From Candidatus Pelearchaeum maunauluense (GTDB lineage Archaea > Thermoproteota > Nitrososphaeria_A > Caldarchaeales > Caldarchaeaceae), in the NCBI GenBank assembly GCA_030059675.1, contig JANVYQ010000002.1, positions 128,001 to 192,000 on the forward strand: a stretch of 64,000 nt of DNA, written 5' to 3'. The position numbers and the translations under genes are program-made. This document shows positions 1 to 8,907 of this stretch, in pieces. Below the pieces are notes generated by a model that was not told the origin of the DNA, did not search any database, and worked only from the letters and a program-made list of their open reading frames with translations. Numbering within the stretch: the first letter of the stretch is position 1; every line of letters starts with the position of its first letter.

Positions 1-825
1 TGCGTGTTGTCTCATTTTGGCCATTAGTAGCGACGCGCGTGAGTTGTTTTTAATTATGTGTGATGTGAGTTGCTTGAAGATCTCGTCTATCTGATCATGA
101 AACAATCCCCACCACCCCCGAGGATCTAGCGTGTCATAAGCGTTATTGAGTAGTTGTCTTTCACATTGCCAAGCTTTGTAGTGCCAATTGAAAACTTTTG
201 TGATTAAATCGCCTGAGAGAAGAAGATTCGATCTGTTGGATATGTATTTATTGAAATGGTGTAGCATGTCATAGGCTATTCTCAGCTTCTTAGAATCATT
301 TTCAAGCTTTTCATCAATATTTTGGGCAAAAATAGAGAACAGCTCTTTCTCAAATTTAAAACTCGGCGCCTCACTTTGCCATACTGCCCTCCAAACATCC
401 ACTATTTCATTTTCCCTTTTTAGCCCTTTTAGGAATTGAAGTCTGAATTCAGAGGTTGAACCCTTGACCCATTTATAGACGTTCTACATCGTTTTATACA
501 AATAAACAAGTCCCACAACCATAGGGATCAACAGAATTACTCGGAAGACAGGAGGAATAAAGACCCAAACCAGATTAGTAAAAAACGCTAGTGATACAAA
601 CAATAGGAAGCGTGGATAATTAATTATGTAGTCTATTATTACACGTAAGTCCAGCTCCGCATATCCCTCTGTTTCTCTGTTCTTTTTCCGATATATTTCC
701 TCAAAAACAGCAATAGCGAATGGTACAAGGACGACTAGAAGGGCAGTGAGCCAAGCTGTAAATATAGTGTGAAACTCTGTTGTCCCAAGATCTTCAAGGA
801 ACTTTATTGCAGCTTCAACCATCAA
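1..825 (-). pseudogene. Membrane-anchored hypothetical protein interrupted by one in-frame TAG (484-486); runs off the window edge
   Basis: 113-aa hydrophobic ORF; manual translation past the TAG stays open for 161 more codons to position 1 (NVYKWVKGSTSEFRLQFLKGLKRENEIVDVWRAVWQSE...); AT-rich. Confidence 0.65.
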
Positions 826-976
826 TAACGGTGGTATTTGCTCTTACTTAAGTTTATCTTGGGCTAACCTATTACCTACGTTGTCAATTAGTTAGCCATG
901 TGTCGATTTTTATTCTAATGTTTGTGCTAAATTAGGGAAAACTCATTCAAAATCTTTGAAAATAATAGACTAACCA

Positions 977-1174
977 CTATGAGGCCGATTTCAAGGCTCT
1001 CTTAAACTCATCTATATGACTCTTAAGATATTCCTCTATAGCCTCAGTTAGTGCTTGTTGCTCGGTCTTGCCCGTAGCCGAGCAGAACATCTTGAACCGC
1101 TTCCTAAGCGACTCAGGAACCCTACCCGACAACAATACGAGCCTTTCCTCTCCTCTACCCCTCTGCCTCGGCAT
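977..1174 (-). CDS. Ribbon-helix-helix (CopG/ParG-like) DNA-binding protein
   Basis: LVLLSGRVPESLRKRFKMFCSATGKTEQQALTEAIEEYL fits the beta-alpha-alpha RHH pattern; ATG 1174 preferred over TTG 1183. Confidence 0.75.
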   Translation of the reverse strand: MPRQRGRGEERLVLLSGRVPESLRKRFKMFCSATGKTEQQALTEAIEEYLKSHIDEFKRALKSAS

Positions 1175-1184
1175 ACCATACAAT

Positions 1185-1196
1185 CATACATGTATG
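1185..1196. promoter_or_regulatory. Perfect 12-bp palindrome CATACATGTATG, candidate RHH operator
   Basis: Seen directly, 11 bp upstream of the RHH ATG; RHH proteins commonly autorepress. Confidence 0.45.
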
Positions 1197-1329
1197 CAAG
1201 ATATAACGTTGACCGATACTAATGCTTTCACGAAAACAAACGCCTTGCTTCATGTAATCCTTATGTTATAAGGGTAGCCCAGCCCAACACCCATTAATAT
1301 AGCAGACGCCCACTCCCCCTAAACATTAA

Positions 1330-1337
1330 TTTAAATA
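1330..1337 (+). promoter_or_regulatory. TATA box of EF-2 gene
   Basis: TTTAAATA about 27 bp upstream of ATG 1365. Confidence 0.55.
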
Positions 1338-1364
1338 TACCTTGCTTGGACAATCTCTGAGACG

Positions 1365-3551
1365 ATGGGCCGAGTAAAGAAAATCTCAGAAGTCATAGAC
1401 ATACTAAGGCAGAAGGAGCAGATACGGAATATTGGGATAATCGCCCATGTAGACCACGGAAAAACGACGACTACGGACAGCCTTCTAGCCGCCGCTGGAC
1501 TTCTAAGCCCCCAGCTAGCAGGCAGAGCATTAGCCCTAGACTACTTGGAGGAAGAGCAGCAGAGACAAATGACGATTAAAGCCGCTAACATTAGCTTATA
1601 CTACGAAATGAACGGTAAGCCGTATGTCATCAACATGATAGACACCCCGGGGCATGTTGATTTTTCTGGTCGTGTTACTCGTGCTTTGCGTGCTATTGAT
1701 GGTGCTGTTGTTGTGGTTGATGCTGTTGAGGGTGTTATGACGCAGACTGAGACTGTTATTCGTCAGGCTGTTGGTGAGCGTGTTAGGCCTGTTTTGTATA
1801 TTAATAAGATTGATCGTTTGATTAAGGAGCTTAGGCTTTCTCCTGATAAGGTTCAGGAGACTCTTGCTAGGATTGTTAGTGATGTTAATCGTTTGATTCA
1901 TATGTATGCTGAGCCGGAGTATCGTGATAAATGGAAGGTTAGTTTTGCTGATGGTACTGTTGCCATGGGGAGCGCGAAGGATAGGTGGGGGTTCACGGTC
2001 CAGCAGGCTCAGAGGAAGGGGATAAAGTTCGGCGATGTTCTCGATGCCTTTACTCGCGAAGATATTGACTGGCTTCGCGACTCTGTGCCTCTTCACGAGG
2101 CGTTGCTGGAGATGGTGATAAAGCACCATCCGCCGCCGCATGTTGCGCAGAGGTATCGTATTGAGAAGCTGTGGAAAGGTGACTTGGAGAGCGAAGTAGG
2201 CCAGGCTATGCTGAACTGCGACGAGAACGGGCCGGTTGTTATGGCTGTTACAGATGTCCGCGTGGATCCGCAGGCTGGTGTCGTGGCTACTGGAAGGCTC
2301 TTCAGCGGTACCGTTAGTGAGGGAGACACGATACTCCTAGTGGGCAGGAACATCAAGAGTAGGGTCCAGCAGGTCTGCGTCTACATGGGGCCGAGCCGCG
2401 AGCTTGTTGGGAGGCTGCCGGCGGGTAATATACCGGCTCTGCTGGGGATAGAGGAAGCCCGCGCAGGGGATACGATAGGAACCGTGGAGATGATTCCGTT
2501 CGAGTCGCTCAAATATGTGTCGGAGCCCGTGGTTACGATCTCGATTGAGCCGAAGCATAGCCGCGACCTGCCGAAGCTGATTGACTTCCTGAATAAGCTC
2601 ACGATAGAGGACCCAACACTAGTTACCACGGTCAGGCCCGAGACGGGGGAGTATCTAATCAGCGGTATGGGTACGCTCCACCTTGAGATTGCTCTTACCT
2701 GGATTCAGAAGGCTGGCCTGGAGGTTGTGGCGGGTAGGCCGATAATCCTCTACCGAGAGTCTATCCAGAAGGAGGGTAAGGTCTTTGAGGGCAAGTCGCC
2801 CAACAAGCATAACCGCATATACATTAAGGTTGAGCCGCTGGAGGAGGAGGTTATAGAGCTTATCAGGAAGGGTGAGCTCTTCGAGGAGATGGATAGGAAG
2901 CAGATAGCTAAGATACTCCGCGACCATGGGTGGGATGCTGACGAGGCTAGCAACGTCTGGACGATAGACCCGCGCGGCAATATTCTCGTAGACGCCACGA
3001 AGGGGGCGCAGTACCTGCATGAGACGAAGACGATGATTATCGGCGGCTTCCAGCGTGTTATGGGTGAGGGGCCGCTTGCTGGCGAGGCTATGCGCGGCGT
3101 GAAGGCTACGCTGGTGCAGGTGGAGCTGCACGAGGACCCAGTGCACCGCGGCTATGCGCAGATAGCCCCAGCTACTTGGAGAAGCCTCTACGCCAGCGTG
3201 TTGAGCGCAGACCCAATACTCTTGGAGCCTGTCCTGAAGATAGAGGCCAAGGTACCGCCAGACTTGATGGGCGCTGTGACCTCTACGATAAGCAGCAAGA
3301 GGGGCCGCGTGATAGATGTGAAGCAGTCCGAGTATATCACGGTTGTCACTGGCGAGATTCCCGCTGCCGAGACGTTTGACCTCAGCGAGGCTATGCGCAG
3401 CGCGACGATGGGCAAGGCGTTCTGGGCTACCGAGTTCAGCCAGTGGAGGCCCGTGCCAGCCTCGATAAGGGATAAGGTGATTCAGGAGATAAGGAAGAGG
3501 AAGGGTATGCAGCTGGAGGTTCCGACGATATCGCAGTTCGTCGAGGATTAG
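1365..3551 (+). CDS. fusA: Translation elongation factor 2 (aEF-2)
   Basis: AHVDHGKT, DTPGH, NKID GTPase motifs; diphthamide loop LHEDPVHRG; 728 aa. Confidence 0.98.
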   Translation: MGRVKKISEVIDILRQKEQIRNIGIIAHVDHGKTTTTDSLLAAAGLLSPQLAGRALALDYLEEEQQRQMTIKAANISLYYEMNGKPYVINMIDTPGHVDFSGRVTRALRAIDGAVVVVDAVEGVMTQTETVIRQAVGERVRPVLYINKIDRLIKELRLSPDKVQETLARIVSDVNRLIHMYAEPEYRDKWKVSFADGTVAMGSAKDRWGFTVQQAQRKGIKFGDVLDAFTREDIDWLRDSVPLHEALLEMVIKHHPPPHVAQRYRIEKLWKGDLESEVGQAMLNCDENGPVVMAVTDVRVDPQAGVVATGRLFSGTVSEGDTILLVGRNIKSRVQQVCVYMGPSRELVGRLPAGNIPALLGIEEARAGDTIGTVEMIPFESLKYVSEPVVTISIEPKHSRDLPKLIDFLNKLTIEDPTLVTTVRPETGEYLISGMGTLHLEIALTWIQKAGLEVVAGRPIILYRESIQKEGKVFEGKSPNKHNRIYIKVEPLEEEVIELIRKGELFEEMDRKQIAKILRDHGWDADEASNVWTIDPRGNILVDATKGAQYLHETKTMIIGGFQRVMGEGPLAGEAMRGVKATLVQVELHEDPVHRGYAQIAPATWRSLYASVLSADPILLEPVLKIEAKVPPDLMGAVTSTISSKRGRVIDVKQSEYITVVTGEIPAAETFDLSEAMRSATMGKAFWATEFSQWRPVPASIRDKVIQEIRKRKGMQLEVPTISQFVED

Positions 3552-3880
3552 GAATAGACGAGTGTTATTAGTTGTATCATTACGAGGGCGCCCATAGCTA
3601 TTACAGCCTGCTCTAAGGCTGTTCCAATCTTCCCTTTTATCGACCTCCTTATTATTAGCGCGAGTCCTGCTGTGGAGTGGATTATGGCTAGGCCGCCCGC
3701 TAGTAGGGGTAGCTCCTGGGCGTGGAGGAGGCTGCACATGCTATACGTATCCAGCAGGCCGAAGCTCAGCCTGCGGACAAGCTCAACCCTATTTAGACAG
3801 AATCCTGACAGCATCATCAGGTAGGCTGCAAACACTAGGGGGAGCGAGGTAAGCTCCGTCAATAAGAGATAAATCCTCAT
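3548..3880 (-). CDS. Small 3-TM membrane protein with two membrane-proximal His (possible heme-b-binding type)
   Basis: Three hydrophobic segments; CSLLH and IIHSTAGL; ATG 3880. Confidence 0.6.
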   Translation of the reverse strand: MRIYLLLTELTSLPLVFAAYLMMLSGFCLNRVELVRRLSFGLLDTYSMCSLLHAQELPLLAGGLAIIHSTAGLALIIRRSIKGKIGTALEQAVIAMGALVMIQLITLVYS

Positions 3881-3909
3881 CCCAGCAGTATAGCATGTGC
3901 GCAAGGGCT

Positions 3910-4731
3910 ATGAAGTTTCCCAGGAGGTCTCTGCTTGGGATGCTTATCCTAGCCCCAGCGGTTAGGCTCATCCTCTCATCGTTGGGGCTTGCGGCGCTTG
4001 CTTCATGGCTTTGGCTCAGGGTTGAGACGCTGGCCCAGCCTAGCCAGCCCAGCTATAGGCGTGGAGCCCGCGTTCAGCTGCCCATGCCAGAGCTGAGCGG
4101 TGTAATCGCGTTGGAGCAAGCGTTGGCGAGCAGGCGCTCAATCCGCGAATATAGGTCAGAGCCAATAACTCTACGGGAACTTGGGCAGCTTCTCTGGTCT
4201 GCTTACGGGATAACCGAGACACGGTGGGGGTTTAAGACCATGCCGAGCGCGGGAGCTACTTATCCGCTGGAGATATACGCGGTTGTCCGTGATGTGGAGG
4301 GGCTTGAGCCAGGTGCCTACCGCTACCTACCGCACAGCCACGAGCTTGAGCAGACCCGCGCGGGGGAGCTAAACCAAGAGCTATACGGCGCAGCCCTAGA
4401 GCAAGAGTGGGTTCTAAACGCCCAGCTCAACCTAGTGATTACAGCGGTCTATAGCAGGACTACGCGGCGATACGGTGAAAGGGGTGTGCGCTACGTCTTC
4501 ATGGAGGCAGGCCACGCTTGCCAGAACGTCTATCTCCAGGCAACAGCGCTTGGGTTGGGGGCTGTGGCTATAGGGGCGTTTAATGATGATGAGGTAGCGC
4601 GTATAGTTGGGGCGGGAGAGGAGGAGCACACTATATACATGATAGCGGTGGGCAGGCCTGTAAAACAATATCGGATAACGTTGGAGGAGATTTCCTCCTA
4701 CTACGCGGCTAGACGCTTGACTTCTTCGTGA
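3910..4731 (+). CDS. SagB/ThcOx-family FMN nitroreductase-fold protein with N-terminal Tat-like/membrane segment
   Basis: RRSIREY, PSAGATYPLE, EAGHACQNVYL, GAFND motifs; N-terminus MKFPRRSLL plus hydrophobic stretch. Confidence 0.88.
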   Translation: MKFPRRSLLGMLILAPAVRLILSSLGLAALASWLWLRVETLAQPSQPSYRRGARVQLPMPELSGVIALEQALASRRSIREYRSEPITLRELGQLLWSAYGITETRWGFKTMPSAGATYPLEIYAVVRDVEGLEPGAYRYLPHSHELEQTRAGELNQELYGAALEQEWVLNAQLNLVITAVYSRTTRRYGERGVRYVFMEAGHACQNVYLQATALGLGAVAIGAFNDDEVARIVGAGEEEHTIYMIAVGRPVKQYRITLEEISSYYAARRLTSS

Positions 4732-5605
4732 GAATCTCCCAGGCCTTCTCATCCTCCAGCAAGACCTTCATCTCGTCAAACGTCAGCTTCCCGCCAGAGT
4801 TTAGCTTCTGTATGGCCTGGAGCTTCATCCTCTCCCTAACCATGTGCTCGCGCGTCTTAGCCTGCTCCTCGCGGACTTTACGCACATAGTCTTGGAGCTC
4901 CACTAGGCGTGAGGAGAGGAGTATGCGCTCAGCCTCAAGCAGCTGAGCCTTCTTCTTCGCCTCCAGATAGGCTTGATGATACTTATCCGCCTTCTCCTTC
5001 ACAGCCATTATCTGCTCCTTAATCTGGTTGAAGCTATCGCGATAATTGTTAAGCTGCTCCCTCTTCTCCGCGAGCTTCTCCTTAAGCTGCTGTATCTCCT
5101 CACGAATCTTAGCAGCTTCCTCGGATATTGCGCGGAGTCTCCCCGTAGCGCTTTTCTTCTTGCGCACATCATTCAGCAACTTGGTTAAGTGTTTCGTCTC
5201 CTCAAAGAGGCGTCTCTCCTCCTCAGGCCTGAGAGGCCTGGTCTCAATCATGGTGTCAATTTCCTGAATCTTCCTGATTATGTTCTCCTCATCTATGTTG
5301 GGTACTCTTAAGCCTGATAGCTGGGCTCTAATGTTCTCGCGCTCTTCTTTCAGGCTTCTTAGCCTCTCAAAAAGCTCTGAGAGTCTGACTCTTATCTCCC
5401 TGGCTTCGTCGCGTATTCCCTTTATAATGTCCAGAACCTCCCTGTTATTCTCCTTAATCTCCCTAATACGCGCATGTAGCGCGTCGCGCTGGGCTACCTG
5501 CCTATTAGCCTCCTCCTCATGCTCCGCAATCCTCCGCTTCAGCTCACTCAGCTTTGACCTGATACTGAAAATCTCCTCCTCTATCTTCTCCAGCTCCATA
5601 CTCAT
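4709..5605 (-). CDS. Archaeal coiled-coil protein (COG1340-like)
   Basis: Continuous E/K/R heptads; C-terminal KLNSGGKLTFDEMK signature. Confidence 0.8.
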   Translation of the reverse strand: MSMELEKIEEEIFSIRSKLSELKRRIAEHEEEANRQVAQRDALHARIREIKENNREVLDIIKGIRDEAREIRVRLSELFERLRSLKEERENIRAQLSGLRVPNIDEENIIRKIQEIDTMIETRPLRPEEERRLFEETKHLTKLLNDVRKKKSATGRLRAISEEAAKIREEIQQLKEKLAEKREQLNNYRDSFNQIKEQIMAVKEKADKYHQAYLEAKKKAQLLEAERILLSSRLVELQDYVRKVREEQAKTREHMVRERMKLQAIQKLNSGGKLTFDEMKVLLEDEKAWEILTKKSSV

Positions 5606-6363
5606 CTCAGCTCCAACTCCCCCTCGCCAAGAGTTCTGGAAAGTATTGAATGAAGCTCGACGAACCCCTCAAGGTTCGTCGCGGATACGGGAACTAGCGG
5701 GGTTGATGCTGATAGATGTCTTATCCCGTGCATCACGTCTTTTATCAGAGCCACCTGAAGGCCGCGGAGCTTGGCGTCTGCATCAACCTCAAAGGCTTCC
5801 TCCGACTCGTGCCAGTCCAGTATGCGCTCCACATACTTACGGGGTATAGCGTCTATTTTAGTGAGTACCTGAACGCTGGGAATGCCCAGCACGGCCTGGA
5901 CGGACGCGGAGAGAAAGAGGGATGCCGCGAAGTTCCGCGGGTTAACGCAGAACATGGGGTCTATCAGGAAAAGCATGGCCCTCCTCCCCCGCGTCAGGTT
6001 ATTCGCTATTATCCTACCCTCCTTCCTGAAAGCAAAAAGCTCCAACTGGCCTGGGGTGTCTATTATCAGCCAGTCAGCCTTAACCTCGTTCACCGCCTCG
6101 CGGAGCTCCTCAATATGGCGGGTTATCTCCCTCACCGAGGCGATCAACGCGCCGTTAGGGCCGAGGTTTCGCGTGGCCATGATGCGCTCATAGTCGACGA
6201 ACTCGCGCACGTCTACGTCTGGCTCATACGGTAGGCTGAGGACAGCTGGGTCTAGGTTGACCGTGGCCGCGAGCTGCTCTTGGTCGCGGAGCCAGTCGCT
6301 AAACGCCCCAGTTAAGGCGGTCTTCCCCGAACCAGCGGTCCCGACTACGTAAACCGCGAACAA
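5602..6363 (-). CDS. GPN-loop GTPase (aGPN)
   Basis: GTAGSGKT, VNLDPA, LGPNGAL, DTPGQLE, TKID. Confidence 0.95.
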   Translation of the reverse strand: MFAVYVVGTAGSGKTALTGAFSDWLRDQEQLAATVNLDPAVLSLPYEPDVDVREFVDYERIMATRNLGPNGALIASVREITRHIEELREAVNEVKADWLIIDTPGQLELFAFRKEGRIIANNLTRGRRAMLFLIDPMFCVNPRNFAASLFLSASVQAVLGIPSVQVLTKIDAIPRKYVERILDWHESEEAFEVDADAKLRGLQVALIKDVMHGIRHLSASTPLVPVSATNLEGFVELHSILSRTLGEGELELR

Positions 6364-6534
6364 CCAACAGCCCTCCGCAGCATCATACCCCTATACTAGA
6401 TATTGCATTACCGTTAGACAATACACGGTATTTAGGCTTTCCCATTCGGAAAATAAAACAATACAAGGACATTGACCTGTGTGAAAAATCAAAAAACCCT
6501 TAATTTAACCTCTTCCAACGATGCTTGATTGCCT

Positions 6535-6699
6535 ATGAATGTGATTTTGAGGCTTCAAGGGCTGGATAACGATGTTGTATTGGACTTGGCTTTGCATGGC
6601 CTTGAAAATGTTGTTGAGATGGACCGCTCTCTGCTTAACATAGTTTCCATGGATGATGAGCCTGTAACGGTTTTCCGCGTGGTGAGTCTTGAAGGCTAG
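6535..6699 (+). CDS. 54-aa GatC/AtzG-like small partner of the amidase (not in ORF track)
   Basis: MNVILRLQGLDNDVVLDLALHGLENVVEMDRSLLNIVSMDDEPVTVFRVVSLEG; overlaps amidase start by 11 bp; C-terminal DEPxxVF; TATA-like CTTAATTTA at 6499-6507. Confidence 0.6.
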   Translation: MNVILRLQGLDNDVVLDLALHGLENVVEMDRSLLNIVSMDDEPVTVFRVVSLEG

Positions 6700-8065
6700 G
6701 CTTGCAGCACTAACCCTACGCGAAGCCGCGCGGCTCGTGGCTGAGCGGGAGGTAGAGCCAAGAGACATCTTCGATGCTTGCATGGAGAACGTTAAACGAT
6801 TCAACGACAGGCTCAGGGCTTTCATAACAATCTTCAACTACGAGCAGCCCAGAGCTAGGCGCGGAAAGCCGCTCTATGGCATGCCCATATCGCTGAAAGA
6901 CCTCATATACACCGCTGGGAAGCCCACCACGGCAGGCTCAAAAATACTGAGCAGCTTCACCCCCTCCTACGATGCGACGATAGTTGAGAGGCTCATGGCT
7001 GGAGGTGCCGTCATAACTGGGAAGACCAACCTACACGAGTTTGCCTTCGGGGTTACCAACAAGAATCCCCACTATGGTGTTTGTAGGAATCCCTGGAATG
7101 AGGATAGAATCTCAGGCGGCTCAAGCGGGGGCTCTGCGGTGAGCGTGGCTGCTGGGATGAGCCTAGCATCCATAGGAACCGACACCGCTGGCTCTGTGAG
7201 GATTCCCGCATCTCTCTGCGGCGTGGTGGGATACAAGCCCAGCTATGGCCTGATAAGCAGGCATGGTATAATACCGCTAAGCTGGTCCCTTGACCATGTA
7301 GGATTCCTAACGCGGAGTGTGGGCGACGCTGCCTTTCTAGCGGCGCTCACCGCAGGCCGAGACAAAAGAGACGAGAGCACGATTCCAGCCAAGCTGGTGG
7401 GGATAGAAGCCGCGATAAGGCCAGCGCAGCTTAGACGACTAAAGATAGGAATACCACGCAACTATTTCCTAGACATCCTAGAGCAGGACGTTAGGCGCGT
7501 GTATGAAGATACAATAGCCAGGGCCGAGGCTGAGGGAGCAACGCTAAGAGAAGTGGAGGTTGAGAAGATAGAGAGCATAAATGCTGTACGATATATCATA
7601 GTACATGCGGAGGCGGCGGCATACCATAGGAGGTTTATACAGGAGAGATTCAACGAGTATGGTGAGGACCTTAAGCGCAGACTCGCGCAGGGCTTGGCTA
7701 TACCTGCTTCAACATACTTGAATGCACAGCGCGCTAGGCGTAGGCTCTCTGAGAGGTTTAGGAGGGTCTTCAAGGATGTGGATATTCTGATTACGCCCAC
7801 AACGCCCATAACGGCTCCCCGCGTGGAGGATAATACTGTGGAGCTGGATGGCCGTGTGATGGATGTAAGGCCAGCGCTGCTCAGGCTGACTGAGCCGATA
7901 AACGTCGTGGGAGCGCCTGCGATAAGCATACCCGCTGGAAAGTCGCGCGATGGCCTGCCGATAGGCGTGCAGCTAGTAGCTGATGTTCTTCAAGACCGTA
8001 AGCTAATGGCTGCGGCTCTTGCGCTGGAGAAGATACTACCCCCTACCGCGACTGCTTCGCGCTGA
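6689..8065 (+). CDS. Amidase signature family protein
   Basis: KD, GKTNLHEFA, GGSSGGSA, GTDTAGSVRIPA (Ser-cisSer-Lys triad). Confidence 0.92.
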   Translation: MKARLAALTLREAARLVAEREVEPRDIFDACMENVKRFNDRLRAFITIFNYEQPRARRGKPLYGMPISLKDLIYTAGKPTTAGSKILSSFTPSYDATIVERLMAGGAVITGKTNLHEFAFGVTNKNPHYGVCRNPWNEDRISGGSSGGSAVSVAAGMSLASIGTDTAGSVRIPASLCGVVGYKPSYGLISRHGIIPLSWSLDHVGFLTRSVGDAAFLAALTAGRDKRDESTIPAKLVGIEAAIRPAQLRRLKIGIPRNYFLDILEQDVRRVYEDTIARAEAEGATLREVEVEKIESINAVRYIIVHAEAAAYHRRFIQERFNEYGEDLKRRLAQGLAIPASTYLNAQRARRRLSERFRRVFKDVDILITPTTPITAPRVEDNTVELDGRVMDVRPALLRLTEPINVVGAPAISIPAGKSRDGLPIGVQLVADVLQDRKLMAAALALEKILPPTATASR

Positions 8066-8252
8066 GCCACCACTCAAGATACTCGTTACGCTCACGCTTT
8101 TTCTTCTCATTCTCAAACTTGGAGGCCTGCATCCTCTCCCGCGCAACAAGTAGCTCTTGAGAGGTGTATGTAGAGCCGCAGCTCTCGCAAACATACTGCC
8201 TCGTGCTCCTATCGTAGATGAGCTTTGAACCGCATTCAAGACAGTACGGCAA
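8043..8252 (-). CDS. Small zinc-ribbon protein
   Basis: CLEC...CESC; charged helix; EYLEWWL tail. Confidence 0.75.
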   Translation of the reverse strand: MPYCLECGSKLIYDRSTRQYVCESCGSTYTSQELLVARERMQASKFENEKKKRERNEYLEWWLSAKQSR

Positions 8253-8305
8253 GGTCTTCTACGCCCCATGACGCCAGCCCAGCGCACTATATATGTTTCA
8301 ACACG

Positions 8306-8566
8306 CTAGCTCTCGGCAGCTCTACGCGAAATCCTCGCAGCGAGGATTAGGAAGAGGATTGGTATGAGGAGCGCCGCGAGCATCGCGGGTATGGCCGTTG
8401 CTGGGTCCTTGCTGGAGAAGATTATGGGAAACGGCCCTATTAGAACCAGCCCACCGAACCACGCCTCACCCCGCCCTCCTACGAGAGCCAGAGGAAGTAT
8501 GAAGAGTATCAGTAGGGCTAGTATCGCTATCAGAAGCAGCCTCGCCCCGATCAAGCCAACCACCAC
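8306..8566 (-). CDS. DUF131/TIGR00304-family membrane protein
   Basis: FGGLVLIGPFPIIF motif between TM helices. Confidence 0.8.
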   Translation of the reverse strand: MVVGLIGARLLLIAILALLILFILPLALVGGRGEAWFGGLVLIGPFPIIFSSKDPATAIPAMLAALLIPILFLILAARISRRAAES

Positions 8567-8784
8567 CCAGCGAGAAGGGCTATGAAGAGCAGTAATACTA
8601 CAGCGACGGCCAGCAAGGCTTTAGCTCCAGAGCCGCCGAGAACTATGGGTATGGGACCTATTAGTATCAGGCCGCCTCCCTTAACGTCTGAGCCGCGCTG
8701 CCCAGCGAGCAGCAAGACGGCAACCAGCATTAGCAGGGCTAGGGCTATAAACGCTATGAAGAACTGGAAAGCAAGCTCCGCCAT
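8551..8784 (-). CDS. DUF131/TIGR00304-family membrane protein (tandem paralog)
   Basis: GGGLILIGPIPIVLG motif. Confidence 0.8.
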   Translation of the reverse strand: MAELAFQFFIAFIALALLMLVAVLLLAGQRGSDVKGGGLILIGPIPIVLGGSGAKALLAVAVVLLLFIALLAGWWLA

Positions 8785-8852
8785 GCCCTAGACAGAACCA
8801 ACATGAGCACGGCTGAATTTATCGTTGCGCCCCAAACTAGAGCCGCGATGTC

Positions 8853-8869
8853 CGAAATCCTTAATTAAG
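8853..8869 (+). promoter_or_regulatory. BRE/TATA of the proteasome-exosome operon
   Basis: CGAAA followed by palindromic CTTAATTAAG about 40 bp upstream of psmA; SD-like GAGGTG before the ATG. Confidence 0.5.
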
Positions 8870-8907
8870 AGGCGAGGCGGGGGCTACGTAGAGGTGTGTG
8901 AGCATAA

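Noticed and set aside
1596-2141. Asn/Ser/Thr-rich antisense ORF inside EF-2
   Set aside because: By-product of the T/G third-position tract, which removes TTA/CTA/TCA codons and hence antisense stops
3100-3160. Diphthamide-less EF-2 paralog
   Set aside because: Canonical HEDPVHRG loop is present
2655-3737. 360-aa antisense ORF and the many other shadow ORFs
   Set aside because: They lie opposite well-supported genes and carry no recognisable motifs
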